The notes below the pieces were generated by a model. The model made no database searches and was not told where the DNA came from. It was given only the letters and a program-made list of their open reading frames with translations. Below are positions 12,288-21,596 of a stretch of DNA of 64,000 nt, one piece after another. Numbering within the stretch: the stretch's first letter is position 1; each line of letters begins with the position of its first letter. A program made the translations under genes and the position numbers. The DNA is taken from positions 146,586-210,585 of the forward strand of contig CAVYQL010000002.1 of the NCBI GenBank assembly GCA_963770645.1, read 5' to 3'. Origin of the DNA: an uncultured Acidimicrobiaceae bacterium. Its GTDB lineage: Bacteria; Actinomycetota; Acidimicrobiia; Acidimicrobiales; RAAP-2.

Positions 12288-12542
12288 AGGTTCAGCCGAG
12301 CGCCCCTTCTCCCCCCTCGGCGTCCAGCCCGGTTCGGCGCGGTCCTCGGTGCGGGTAATTGGATGAAGGTACACCGCGCCGGGCGGTGCGACTAGAGGCC
12401 ATCTGCAAATGCGCCTAACATGGGAGGACTCGCCGCTGGCGGCCGGATTCGACTGGACGGCCGAGGCGTGGACCCCGCGAGGTGCCGGTCCCGACATAGT
12501 TCCGGCGTCGCGAGAGATTGCATCGCGAAAGGCTGACTTGAC

Positions 12543-12677
12543 GTGAAGCGCACCTACCAACCCAACACCCGGAAACGGGCCCGCACCCACGGGTTCCGCA
12601 AGCGCATGTCCACCCGGGCGGGGCGGGCCATCTTGAAGTCGCGGCGGCTCAAGGGGCGCCACCGTCTCACCGTCTGA
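12543..12677 (+). CDS. rpmH: 50S ribosomal protein L34
   Basis: Not in the ORF track (44 aa). Read directly: GTG AAG CGC ACC TAC CAA... = [44 protein letters not shown], stop TGA at 12675-12677. GAAAGG lies upstream. Confidence 0.9.
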   Translation: MKRTYQPNTRKRARTHGFRKRMSTRAGRAILKSRRLKGRHRLTV

Positions 12678-12711
12678 GGTTCTCGCCTTGCCTCCCCGGA
12701 CGGTCGGACGC

Positions 12712-13047
12712 ATGACGAGCCGCGCGGCCTTCGCCGACCTGCAGCGGGCCCGAGCCCGGGGCGCGTGCGGGCCGATCCGGGTGGCCTTCGTCCCTGTGGA
12801 TGACGGCGTCCCCGGTGTATTTCCCCAGGTCGGCTACGCAATTGGCCGCCGTTGTGGCAGCGCAGTCACCCGGAACCGGTTGCGGCGACGGGCCCGCGAG
12901 GTGGTGCGGGCAGAGGCCGGAACGTTGCCCCGAGGGACCTACCTGGTCCGCCTCGACCCCGGTGCAAGCGGGCTCGACCCCGCCCAGTTCCGCATCGACG
13001 TGGCGCGGGCCCTCCGGCGAGCTGCCCAGGCAAAGGTGACTGCGTGA
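12712..13047 (+). CDS. rnpA: ribonuclease P protein component
   Basis: Follows rpmH. Contains [16 protein letters not shown] motif. Start may be TTG 12688 or ATG 12712. Confidence 0.8.
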   Translation: MTSRAAFADLQRARARGACGPIRVAFVPVDDGVPGVFPQVGYAIGRRCGSAVTRNRLRRRAREVVRAEAGTLPRGTYLVRLDPGASGLDPAQFRIDVARALRRAAQAKVTA

Positions 13048-13343
13048 GCGCCGCGGCGGGGTCAAAGGAACGGCTGAGCCCGCCGGTCCGCGTGGCCGTC
13101 GCCCTGCTCAAGGCCTATCAAGGCGCGGCGTCAGGCCGGGTCTCGCCGTGTCGCTTCTATCCGAGTTGTTCGAACTATGCCGTCGAGGCCTTCAGCGTCC
13201 ATGGCTTCTGGCGCGGGCTGGCGCTGGCGGCCCGGCGCCTGGTGCGTTGCCGCCCCTTCGGGCCCCACGGAGTCGACCTGGTGCCCGCCCGGGTCCACGC
13301 CCATAGCGGCGCGCAGCTGCGCGACGGAGGTCACCCATGCTGA
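13044..13343 (+). CDS. yidD: membrane protein insertion efficiency factor YidD
   Basis: GTGA overlap with the rnpA stop. LLKAYQ...[16 protein letters not shown]....G is the YidD signature. Only the C-terminal 99 codons of the 163-aa track ORF are real. Confidence 0.8.
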   Translation: MSAAAGSKERLSPPVRVAVALLKAYQGAASGRVSPCRFYPSCSNYAVEAFSVHGFWRGLALAARRLVRCRPFGPHGVDLVPARVHAHSGAQLRDGGHPC

Positions 13344-14530
13344 TCCACCCGGTTCTGGCCGAGAATTCCCTGTTCAAGCTCATCGGCGAGATCTTCCACC
13401 CGCTCTTCGAGCTCTTCGGCCTCGTCCTGGCCGGCCTCTACGCCATCTGGCCCAACTACGGCTTCGCCATCACCGGGCTGACGATCATCATCATGCTCGC
13501 CCTCACTCCGGTGACGGTGAAGAGCACCAAGTCGATGCTGGCGATGCAACGGCTGCAGCCCGAGATGAAGAAACTCCAGGCCAAGTACAAGGGCCCGGAG
13601 AACCGGGAAATGCTCAACCAGGAGATGATGCGGCTCTACAAGGAGAACGGGACCAGCCCGTTCGGAGCCTGCCTGCCCAGCCTGCTGCAGATGCCATTCC
13701 TGATCGTCTTGTATTCGTTGATCCGTGGCCTTTCGTATGTCGTGGCCAAGGGTTCAACGTATACGAACGCTGCCGGACAGACGGTGAAGTGCATGGCCCA
13801 TGCCGGATGTGCTTCCCCGCGTTACATCCCGACTGAATCGCAAATGCACCAAGCATTGGTTGCCAGTAATGGCCAAATGCACTGGTGGTTCGGCATGGAC
13901 CTGTCGTCGCTTCCTTTCTCGAGTCACACCGCGCCGGGAAGCGCTGGCCAAGGACTTCTTGTCATCCCGTATCTCGTGCTCATTGTGGCTGCAATGTTCC
14001 TGCAGTATTACCAAATGAAGCAGATGAATAGCCGTAATCCGCAGGCTGCTGCAGCGAATCCACAGATGCAAACAATGCAGAAGTTTTTCCCTATTATTTT
14101 CGGAGTCATTTACCTTAGAGTGCCCGCGGGAGCAACCATTTACATGGTCGTTTCTTCAGCCATGCGGATCGGGACGCAAGAGGCGATGTTCCGGAGCGGC
14201 TATGTGGCACCAGTCACGGCCGAGCGGGAAATCGGCTCGGCGAAGAAGCAGGAGGCGTTGGAAAAGGCGAAACCGGAAAAGGTGAAGCCGGAGCCCCCGG
14301 CGCCACCCCCCAAGACCAAGTCCACGGCCACCGACGGCACGGCGCTGGCCAAGGGCACCGTGCCACCGGCCAGGACCGGTTCGAACGGCAACGGACGGGG
14401 GAATGGGCGCAAGCCGGCGGGCAGCAGCGGGAAGCGAACGACGAACGGTAAGGCGGAGAGCAAGGACGAGGAGCCGGCGCCCAAGGCGCATCCGAGGTCA
14501 CGCTCCAAGCGCACCAGAAAGGCTCGGTAG
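13337..14530 (+). CDS. yidC: membrane protein insertase YidC
   Basis: 397 aa. [43 protein letters not shown], multiple TM segments, basic/Pro-rich C-terminal tail. Confidence 0.9.
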   Translation: MLIHPVLAENSLFKLIGEIFHPLFELFGLVLAGLYAIWPNYGFAITGLTIIIMLALTPVTVKSTKSMLAMQRLQPEMKKLQAKYKGPENREMLNQEMMRLYKENGTSPFGACLPSLLQMPFLIVLYSLIRGLSYVVAKGSTYTNAAGQTVKCMAHAGCASPRYIPTESQMHQALVASNGQMHWWFGMDLSSLPFSSHTAPGSAGQGLLVIPYLVLIVAAMFLQYYQMKQMNSRNPQAAAANPQMQTMQKFFPIIFGVIYLRVPAGATIYMVVSSAMRIGTQEAMFRSGYVAPVTAEREIGSAKKQEALEKAKPEKVKPEPPAPPPKTKSTATDGTALAKGTVPPARTGSNGNGRGNGRKPAGSSGKRTTNGKAESKDEEPAPKAHPRSRSKRTRKAR

Positions 14531-14534
14531 ACGG

Positions 14535-15653
14535 GTGGAGTGGGTCGAAGTGGCGGGGAAGACAGTCGACGAGGCGACCGATCGCGCCCTCGACCAGCTC
14601 GGCGTGGCGCTGACCGATGCCGAGGTGATCGTGGTGAGTGAACCCAAGACGGGCCTCTTCGGCCGCATGCGGGTCGAGGCCCGGGTGAGGGCGCGGGTGC
14701 GCCCCGTCGGCGCCCGTCCACGCCGGGAGCGTTCCCGCCGCCCCGCCCGGTCGGGCCAAGGATCCCGCCAGGAGGGATCCCGCCAGGAGGGATCCCGGCA
14801 GGGCAGCCAGCGCTCGGCCACTGGCTCGGGCGGTAACCGGAGTGGCGCCAGTGCCAACGGCTCGGGACGCGACCGCGGTTCGGATCGTGGCGGTTCCGAG
14901 CGAGCGGGTGGCGCGACGGCGACGAGGACGGGCGAGACCAGGACTGGCGAGACCAGGACGGGTGAGACAGGGACGGGGACAGGCACGAGTCGCTCCGCCC
15001 GTCGCCGCCGCAACCGCCGCAACGCGGTAGCCGGGTCGGCCAGCGGTGTGGGCGGCGCGGAGACGGCCAGCCTCGACGTCTCGGTGGGGGAACGCGAAAG
15101 TTCGAACGGCTCCGTGCGGGACTCGGCATCTGGGAGGGCTCCGCAGCGGAGCATGGAATCGAAGGAGACAGCAGACATGGCCGAAGGAATGACGCTCGAG
15201 GAGCAGGGCGAGGTCGGTCGTGCGTTCCTGGCCGGTCTCTTGGGAGAGCTCGACATGGACGGTTCGGTGGAATGCCGGATCCTCGATGAGGAGACGGTGG
15301 AGATCGCCGCTGTGGGTGAGGACTTGGGCATGCTGGTGGGACCCCGCGGGTCGACCCTCAGCGCCGTGCAGGACCTGACGAGGGCAGTGGTCCAGCGCCA
15401 GTGCCCGTCGAGGACCGACCGCATCCTGGTGGACGTCGCCGGCTACCGCGAGCGTCGCTCGGCGGCGCTGAAGCGCTTCAGCGTCCAGATCGCCGAGGAA
15501 GTCCTCGCCTCTGGCCAGGAGAAGGCGCTCGAGGCCATGAGTCCGGCCGACCGGAAGTCCGTCCACGACGCCGTGAACGAGATGCCCGGCGTCGTGACCC
15601 GCTCGGAGGGCGAGGACCCCAACCGGCACATCGTCATCGCGCCCGGCGACTGA
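14535..15653 (+). CDS. jag: Jag/KhpB-type R3H RNA-binding protein with low-complexity insertion
   Basis: GTG at 14535 (VEWVEVAGKTVDEATDRALDQLGV = Jag_N). C-terminal KH/R3H part (LVGPRGSTLSAVQDL..., MSPADRKSVHDAV). The central ~150 aa are Arg/Gly/Ser/Thr-rich repeats. Confidence 0.8.
   Translation: MEWVEVAGKTVDEATDRALDQLGVALTDAEVIVVSEPKTGLFGRMRVEARVRARVRPVGARPRRERSRRPARSGQGSRQEGSRQEGSRQGSQRSATGSGGNRSGASANGSGRDRGSDRGGSERAGGATATRTGETRTGETRTGETGTGTGTSRSARRRRNRRNAVAGSASGVGGAETASLDVSVGERESSNGSVRDSASGRAPQRSMESKETADMAEGMTLEEQGEVGRAFLAGLLGELDMDGSVECRILDEETVEIAAVGEDLGMLVGPRGSTLSAVQDLTRAVVQRQCPSRTDRILVDVAGYRERRSAALKRFSVQIAEEVLASGQEKALEAMSPADRKSVHDAVNEMPGVVTRSEGEDPNRHIVIAPGD
14760..14804 (+). repeat. 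3 x 15-bp in-frame tandem repeat (GSRQE units) inside jag
   Basis: ggatcccgccaggag / ggatcccgccaggag / ggatcccggcagggc read directly. Confidence 0.9.
14928..14984 (+). repeat. about 3.5 x 15-bp in-frame tandem repeat (TGETR units) inside jag
   Basis: acgggcgagaccagg / actggcgagaccagg / acgggtgagacaggg / acggggacaggc. Confidence 0.9.
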
Positions 15654-15663
15654 CGCTGCGCCG

Positions 15664-16368
15664 GTGTCCGGCGCTCCCTTCGACGGGGAAGACCACTCCC
15701 CCACCATCCCCACGCCCGCCACGTTGGGCGATGTGCTCGCCGACGCCCGCAGGGCAGGGTTCCTCGGTCCCGGTCCTCTCGAGCCCCAGCTGCGACACGC
15801 GGAGGGCTTCGCCACGGTGATTCGCCGCCTGGTCGTCCAGGCCGGCCTCACGCAACCGCTCCTGGTCGATCTGGGCTCGGGTGGCGGTCTGCCCGGACTG
15901 GCAGTGGCCTCCGCCTGGCCGGACGCCCACCTGGTGCTCCTGGAGGCCAACGGACGCCGGGCGAGATTCCTTCAATTGGCGCTGGAGCGCTTGCAGCTCC
16001 AGGACCGGGCCAGGGTTCTTCACCAGCGGGCTGAGGAGGCTGGCCGCCGGGAGGAATGGCGCGGCGTCTTTGACGGCCTCCTGGCCCGCTCATTCGGTCC
16101 TCCCGCCGTGGTGGCCGAGTGTGGCGCCCCCTTCCTGCGGGTGGGCGCCTGGATGGTCGTCTCCGAACCGCCGCCGGAGGTCGGCTCCGCGGAGGAAGCG
16201 GCGGATCCGGGCGGGCGCTGGCCGGGTGACCGACTGGCCCAGTTCGGCCTCGAGCCGGTCGGAGCCGTCCGGGAGGGTTTCGAATACCAGGTGCTCCAGC
16301 AAGCGAGGCCGTGTCCGGAGCGCTTTCCGCGGCGTGACGGGGTGCCGGCCAAGCGGCCGCTGTTCTGA
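15664..16368 (+). CDS. rsmG: 16S rRNA (guanine527-N7)-methyltransferase RsmG
   Basis: LVDLGSGGGLPGLAVA SAM motif. Canonical position between jag and parA. Confidence 0.85.
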   Translation: MSGAPFDGEDHSPTIPTPATLGDVLADARRAGFLGPGPLEPQLRHAEGFATVIRRLVVQAGLTQPLLVDLGSGGGLPGLAVASAWPDAHLVLLEANGRRARFLQLALERLQLQDRARVLHQRAEEAGRREEWRGVFDGLLARSFGPPAVVAECGAPFLRVGAWMVVSEPPPEVGSAEEAADPGGRWPGDRLAQFGLEPVGAVREGFEYQVLQQARPCPERFPRRDGVPAKRPLF

Positions 16369-16526
16369 AGGCCCGAGGTAGGGCGGAAAGCTCCGCTCTG
16401 CCGCCACGGGAACTCGACGGCCGCCCGCAGGTGGCTGGCGGACCGGGCCGAACACACCTCGGGCCCACCTTGCTGGTCAGCCCGGCCGGGGGCGACGTGG
16501 GCGCGAAGGCGTCCCTCTACCCTGGT

Positions 16527-16542
16527 TGTTTCACGTGAAACG
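16527..16542. promoter_or_regulatory. parS centromere-like site
   Basis: TGTTTCACGTGAAACg matches the consensus TGTTTCACGTGAAACA at 15/16. Lies upstream of parA. Confidence 0.8.
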
Positions 16543-16584
16543 TCAGTGAACTCCTGGTGAACCGAATCACAACGTCAGCACAAC

Positions 16585-16600
16585 GGTTTCACGTGGAACA
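16585..16600. promoter_or_regulatory. parS-like site (degenerate)
   Basis: gGTTTCACGTGgAACA, 14/16 to the parS consensus, 58 bp from the first site. Confidence 0.6.
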
Positions 16601-16654
16601 ATCTCAAGTCTTGACCTAGCTGCGGATGCAGGCCAGGATAGGCGACGTGCCGCG

Positions 16655-18109
16655 GTGTCTCGGAGGGCCTGCTTGATGCGCATCAGGCGCAAGGACAGGG
16701 AGACAAGCGAGGAAAAGGCAGAGGGCACCCATCAGCGCGGGCCCTTCGACCAGGAACTGTCGTCGTCCGACAAGGGTGGGCCGACATCCGCTGACCCCGT
16801 CAAGAGCGTCACCTCGGATGCAGCCGGCGCTCCCCTATTGAGGGCGACCGAGACGCCTGCGGAGATTGTTCCACCCGCTGCCGTGGACCAAACCGCGGCG
16901 ACGGGGTCCCCCGCTGCTGCTGTTCACGAGGTGCCGGCCGAGCCCACCGAGGCCGCCGAACCCGCTGTGTCGGAGGCCCTTCCCCAGCCCGTACCAGAGG
17001 CCCCTTCCGCGCCCGTTTCCCCGCCCGCCCCCGAGCCCGTGGCGTCCACTGATCCGCCCCCTGGGTCGGAGACGCCGAACCCTGCGTACGAGGGGCCAGT
17101 GCCAGCGGCCGACAACGCCCCCCCTGGCATCGACGGGGTGTCGGAGCCCGAGCTCGCCCCAGAGCCGGTCACTCCTCCGGTGGCTCCTGCAGATCCCGCG
17201 CCCGCTGCGGCGCAGGTTCCCGCCGCGCCGGCGCCCGTCGCCAAGAGCGCCGCCCAGCCGGTCATGCGAGCACCGTCCATCTCCGACGACGCCGCCGAGC
17301 TCTTGAACGGGGCCAAGGCGACCTTCCGGGAACTCCCCCGGGTCATCGCCGTGGCCAACCAGAAAGGTGGTGTGGGCAAGACCACCACAACGGTGAACCT
17401 TGGTGCGGCGCTCGCCGAGCAGGGCTACCGCGTCCTGGTCGTCGACCTTGACCCTCAGGGCAACGCCACCACCGGGCTCGGGGTCGAGGCCCGCAATTTC
17501 GAGCTGTCGATGTACGACGTGATCATGCGGGACCAGCCGCTTGAGGACTGCATCGAGCCGACCAGCGTGAAGAATCTCTTCGTCGCTCCGGCCACCATCG
17601 ACCTGGCCGGCGTGGAGATCGAGCTCGTCCCCGCATTCAGCCGTGAGCTCAAGCTGAAGCGAGCCATCGACACGGTCGTCGACGATTTCGACTTCGTCCT
17701 GATCGACTGCCCCCCGTCTCTCGGCCTGATCACCGTCAACGGCCTGGCCGCGGCCCACGAGGTGCTGGTGCCGATCCAGTGCGAGTACTACGCCCTGGAG
17801 GGGCTCAGCCAGCTCCTGCGCAACGTGAACCTGGTCTCGACCAACCTCAACGAGACCCTCGAGGTCTCGACCATCGTGCTGACGATGTACGACGCTCGAA
17901 CCCGGCTTTCGGTCGACGTGGCCAACGAGGTCAGGGAGCACTTTTCCGAGCGGGTCTGCAAGGTGGTGATTCCGCGCACGGTGCGTTTGTCCGAGGCTCC
18001 GTCGTTCGGACAGCCGATCACGGTTTTCGATCCAGTGTCGCGGGGCGCCGTCGCCTACCGCGAGCTAGCAAAGGAGGTGAGCAATGGCGCGCCGCAGCGG
18101 ACTGGGTAA
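16655..18109 (+). CDS. parA: chromosome partitioning ATPase ParA/Soj with long Pro/Ala-rich N-terminal region
   Basis: Core from about 17330: RVIAVANQKGGVGKTTTTVNLGAALA...VVDLDPQGNAT. The in-frame upstream ~220 aa are PAPE-rich. An alternative ATG at 17264 gives a conventional-length protein. Confidence 0.85.
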   Translation: MSRRACLMRIRRKDRETSEEKAEGTHQRGPFDQELSSSDKGGPTSADPVKSVTSDAAGAPLLRATETPAEIVPPAAVDQTAATGSPAAAVHEVPAEPTEAAEPAVSEALPQPVPEAPSAPVSPPAPEPVASTDPPPGSETPNPAYEGPVPAADNAPPGIDGVSEPELAPEPVTPPVAPADPAPAAAQVPAAPAPVAKSAAQPVMRAPSISDDAAELLNGAKATFRELPRVIAVANQKGGVGKTTTTVNLGAALAEQGYRVLVVDLDPQGNATTGLGVEARNFELSMYDVIMRDQPLEDCIEPTSVKNLFVAPATIDLAGVEIELVPAFSRELKLKRAIDTVVDDFDFVLIDCPPSLGLITVNGLAAAHEVLVPIQCEYYALEGLSQLLRNVNLVSTNLNETLEVSTIVLTMYDARTRLSVDVANEVREHFSERVCKVVIPRTVRLSEAPSFGQPITVFDPVSRGAVAYRELAKEVSNGAPQRTG

Positions 18110-19034
18110 GGGGCTGAGCGCCCTCATTCCGGGCGATGTGGTGGGGGAGCAGGACTCCGCCCTCAGGGTGGTCCCGATCTCGCACATCCGGCCGAACGCC
18201 TACCAGCCCCGCAGCCACTTCGACGAGGAGTCCATGGCGTCGCTGGCGGCCTCCATCAGGGCCGTGGGCTTGCTCCAGCCCGTCCTGGTGCGCGAGCTCC
18301 AGAACGAAACCGAGAGCTACGAGCTGATCGCGGGGGAGCGGCGCTGGCGGGCAGCCCGCCGGGCCGGCCTCCAGACGATCCCCGTCTTGGTCCAGGTGGC
18401 CGACGACGTGGGCAGCCTCGAGCAGGCGCTGGTCGAGAACCTGCACCGGGTGGACCTCAATGCCCTCGAGGAGGCGGCGGCCTATCAGCAGCTGATCGAC
18501 GAATTCGGCCTCACCCACGAGCAGGTAGCCAGCCGGATGGGCAAGGGCCGTGCCACCGTGACCAACACGCTGCGGTTGCTGCAGCTGCCGGCCGGGGCCC
18601 AGCAGGCGCTCGCAGAGGGGTCGATCTCGGCCGGACACGCCCGGGCTCTGCTCGGGAGCCCGGACCGAGCACTCCAAGAGAAGATGGTCGAGCGCATCGT
18701 GCAGGAGGGGTTGACAGTGCGGGCCGTCGAGGTATTGGTGCGGAACGGCGGGACCGAGCTGCGGGTCGTCCCCGATGAGCCCCCGCCCACCGAGGTGCCC
18801 GTGCCGGCGAGCGAAATCACGGTGTCGGCCGACAATGCGGTCCGACGCCCGGCGGCGCGCAAGCTCCCCGAACCCGGTGTGATCGAGCTCGAGGATCTGC
18901 TCTCGACCTATCTGAACACCAGAGTCAAGGTCGATATCCAGAACCGCCGCGGCCGCCTCGTCGTCGAGTTCGCCACGCTCGAGGACCTCGAGCGGATCTA
19001 CCGAGCCATGGTCGGTGACGGAGTCGTCACGTAG
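18084..19034 (+). CDS. parB: chromosome partitioning protein ParB
   Basis: RSGLGKGLSALIP, IRPNAYQPR, ELIAGERRWRAARRAGL (ParB box/CTPase motif), HTH region. Confidence 0.92.
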   Translation: MARRSGLGKGLSALIPGDVVGEQDSALRVVPISHIRPNAYQPRSHFDEESMASLAASIRAVGLLQPVLVRELQNETESYELIAGERRWRAARRAGLQTIPVLVQVADDVGSLEQALVENLHRVDLNALEEAAAYQQLIDEFGLTHEQVASRMGKGRATVTNTLRLLQLPAGAQQALAEGSISAGHARALLGSPDRALQEKMVERIVQEGLTVRAVEVLVRNGGTELRVVPDEPPPTEVPVPASEITVSADNAVRRPAARKLPEPGVIELEDLLSTYLNTRVKVDIQNRRGRLVVEFATLEDLERIYRAMVGDGVVT

Positions 19035-19064
19035 TTCACAGAACCGTCAAGGGTCCGTACAGCT

Positions 19065-19095
19065 TCATCCACAACCTGTGCATGACATTGTGGAT
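19065..19095. promoter_or_regulatory. 8-bp perfect inverted repeat formed by two DnaA-box-like motifs (function unknown)
   Basis: tcATCCACAA-13 nt-TTGTGGAT, in the convergent parB/cwlM spacer. Confidence 0.35.
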
Positions 19096-19271
19096 TGTCA
19101 CTTCGTTCACCTGCGGGCAGCTTTGATCGCGTAACCGTCGCTCACATCGCAGCGATGCCAGACGCAGGGTTCTTGGCGTGTCGACCAGCGACAGAACATC
19201 CCCAACCCTAAACGATTACCGGTAATTACAGATCCGTCTGATCGTTCGTTGTGCGTCCGTTGAGAAACTGA

Positions 19272-20231
19272 TCAATCCCAAGAGGCGTCGGCCCAGTGCC
19301 CGAGGGCCACGGCCAGGGCGGCCGCAAGCGTGGTGGCGCGCTCGACCACGGTGCTGGCCGGACCGACCTCGACCACCACGGCCGGCATGCGGGTCTCGCG
19401 CAGGATGGGCAGGGACATGCCGTGTACGCCGGCGTCGTCGACGCCCAGCGCGGCGGGGACCGCCGACTGCACCAGCTCGGCCAGGCGCCGGCCACCGGGC
19501 GATTCGTCGTGGGTGCCGGCCCAGTAGGCGGTGCTGCACGAGGAGAGGGAGGGGTTGAGGCGGAGCCCGACGAAGACGTCGACGTCGAGCTCGTTGGCGT
19601 CCTTGGCCTGCACGGCGTCGTCGGGGTGGTGCAGCTCGCTGACCCGGATCCCCGCCAGCGTCAGGCGGCGCCGCAGCGCGCCGGCCACGCTGCCGAGCCC
19701 GCCGCCCTCGCCGACCGCGATGTGACGACCGCGCAGGCTGCGCGGCGTGTCGCGCAGCGCCGCCCGGGCCCGCACCGCGGAGACGAGCTCGGACTCGTGG
19801 TGGCGGCTCCCGAGGCGCAGCAGTTCGTGCAGGGTGGCGCCGCCCACGATGCCGTCGACGGGCAGGCCGGCATTGCGCTGGAACTCGCCGAGCGCGCGCA
19901 CCGTGGCGTCACCGAAGATGCCGTCCACCCGCTCGGTGTCGAAGCCGAGGCTGCACAGGCGCTGCTGCAGTTCGGCGACATCGTCACCCCGCAGCATGGG
20001 GGTCCGGTGGTACAAGAAGCGGTCGCCTAACCGGAAACCGGCCTCGACCAGGGTGTTCCACGTCTGCAGGCCGCAGACGCCGTCCACGCGCAGCCCGCGC
20101 AGGCGCTGGAAGGCTTCGACCGCGGCCCGGGTGGCGGGCCCGAAGAGGCCATCGACCGCGACGGGGGTTCCGAGAACGGCCCCCAGCCGGCCCTGGACGT
20201 CGGCGACCGCGGGACCGCGATCCCAGATCAC
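19272..20231 (-). CDS. cwlM: CwlM-like N-acetylmuramoyl-L-alanine amidase family protein (2 x PG-binding + Amidase_3)
   Basis: Two PG_binding_1-like repeats (VADVQGRL...DGLFGPATRAAVEAFQ; VAELQQRL...DGIFGDATVRALGEFQ) followed by an amidase_3-like C-terminus (..FVGLRLN.., MPAVVVEVG). Synteny with trxA/trxB as in mycobacteria. Start (GTG 20231) uncertain. Confidence 0.72.
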   Translation of the reverse strand: MIWDRGPAVADVQGRLGAVLGTPVAVDGLFGPATRAAVEAFQRLRGLRVDGVCGLQTWNTLVEAGFRLGDRFLYHRTPMLRGDDVAELQQRLCSLGFDTERVDGIFGDATVRALGEFQRNAGLPVDGIVGGATLHELLRLGSRHHESELVSAVRARAALRDTPRSLRGRHIAVGEGGGLGSVAGALRRRLTLAGIRVSELHHPDDAVQAKDANELDVDVFVGLRLNPSLSSCSTAYWAGTHDESPGGRRLAELVQSAVPAALGVDDAGVHGMSLPILRETRMPAVVVEVGPASTVVERATTLAAALAVALGHWADASWD

Positions 20232-20242
20232 CAGGGGGAGGC

Positions 20243-20569
20243 CTATAGGTAGGCCGAGATCTCCTCGATCAGCTGGGCCTTGGGCTTGGCCCCGATCAGG
20301 CGAACCTGGGGCTCGCCGTCCTTGAACAGGATCAGCGTCGGGATGCTCATCACGTCGAAGCGGCGCGTCACGTCGAGGTTGTCGTCGATGTTCAGCTTGC
20401 CGATCCGGATCTTGCCCGCCTGCTCCTGCGCGATCTCCTCCAGCACCGGGGCGATCATTTTGCAGGGGCCGCACCACTCGGCCCAAAAGTCTACCAACAC
20501 GGGCACGTCTGACCCCTTGACCTGTTCGTCAAATGTCGCGTCGGTAAGGGTCTCGATGTTCTCGCTCAT
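20243..20569 (-). CDS. trxA: thioredoxin
   Basis: 108 aa, WAEWCGPCKMIAP active site. Confidence 0.95.
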   Translation of the reverse strand: MSENIETLTDATFDEQVKGSDVPVLVDFWAEWCGPCKMIAPVLEEIAQEQAGKIRIGKLNIDDNLDVTRRFDVMSIPTLILFKDGEPQVRLIGAKPKAQLIEEISAYL

Positions 20570-20633
20570 GGCATCTCCTTGTCAGCGGGTGTAACGCCGT
20601 GCCACCCGGTTCTGTTCCCTACTCACCCTTGCC

Positions 20634-21596
20634 TCATTCACCCATGGCCTCGAGCCAGCGCTCGGCGTCGATGGCGGCCATGCAGCCCGAGCCGGCCGAA
20701 GTCACCGCCTGGCGGTAGTAGTCGTCCTGCACGTCGCCGCAGGCGAAGACCCCGTCCACGCTGGTCCTGGTCGTCCGGTCGAACGTCCGCACGTAGCCGT
20801 TCTCCTCGAGCTCGACCTGGCCCTTGAGCAGGGAGGAGTTGGGCTCGTGGCCGATGGCGACGAAGAGGCCCGTCGCATCGAGCTCGGATTCCTCGCCGGT
20901 GACGGTGTCGCGCAGGCGGAGCCCGGAGACCTTGGTATCGCCTTCGATGTCGGTGATGACCGAGTTCCACTTGAACTCGATCTTCTCGTTGGCAAAGGCG
21001 CGCTCTCGCATGATCACCGAGGCGCGCAGCTCGTCACGCCGGTGGATCACCGTCACCTTCGAACCGAACCGGGCCAAGAAGATGGCCTCCTCCATGGCCG
21101 AGTCGCCGCCGCCCGCCACCGCAATGTGCTGGTCGCGGAAGAAGAAGCCGTCGCAGGTCGCGCAGGTCGACACCCCGTAGCCGAGGAGGCGGCCCTCGTT
21201 GGGGACGCCGAGCATGAGGGAACGTGCCCCGGTCGCCACGATGAGGGTGTCTGCGACCACGGTCGGTTCCGCGGTATCGGGGTCGCCGACCCAGACCTCG
21301 AAGGGCCACGGCGCGACGTCGATACGGCTGACCTTGGCCGTGCGCAGCTCGGCGTCGAAACGCAGCGCCTGGGCGCGCATCATGCCCATGAGCTCGGGCC
21401 CCAAGACGCCGTCGACGAAGCCCGGGTAGTTCTCGACGTCGGTCGTCAGCATGAGCTGGCCACCGGGCTGGTCGCTGGTGGAGGACGGCTCTCCCTCGAT
21501 GACCAGCGGGTTCAGCTGCGCGCGCGCGGTGTACAGGGCGGCCGTGAGGCCGGCCGGCCCGCTCCCGATGATGACGACCTTGCGCCGCTCAGGCAT
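20634..21596 (-). CDS. trxB: thioredoxin-disulfide reductase
   Basis: [17 protein letters not shown] motif, CATCDGFFF redox centre, [15 protein letters not shown] motif. Confidence 0.95.
   Translation of the reverse strand: MPERRKVVIIGSGPAGLTAALYTARAQLNPLVIEGEPSSTSDQPGGQLMLTTDVENYPGFVDGVLGPELMGMMRAQALRFDAELRTAKVSRIDVAPWPFEVWVGDPDTAEPTVVADTLIVATGARSLMLGVPNEGRLLGYGVSTCATCDGFFFRDQHIAVAGGGDSAMEEAIFLARFGSKVTVIHRRDELRASVIMRERAFANEKIEFKWNSVITDIEGDTKVSGLRLRDTVTGEESELDATGLFVAIGHEPNSSLLKGQVELEENGYVRTFDRTTRTSVDGVFACGDVQDDYYRQAVTSAGSGCMAAIDAERWLEAMGE

Noticed and set aside
10567-12713. N-terminal extensions of dnaN (to 10809) and dnaA (to 12713) in the ORF track
   Set aside because: The extensions are low-complexity and would consume the oriC and dnaA-rpmH spacers. 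Conserved N-termini begin at GTG 10566 and GTG 12287.
14214-15950. 578-aa and 309-aa minus-strand ORFs across yidC/jag/rsmG
   Set aside because: Antisense to three recognisable genes. The translation is Arg/Pro/Ser-rich junk with no motifs.
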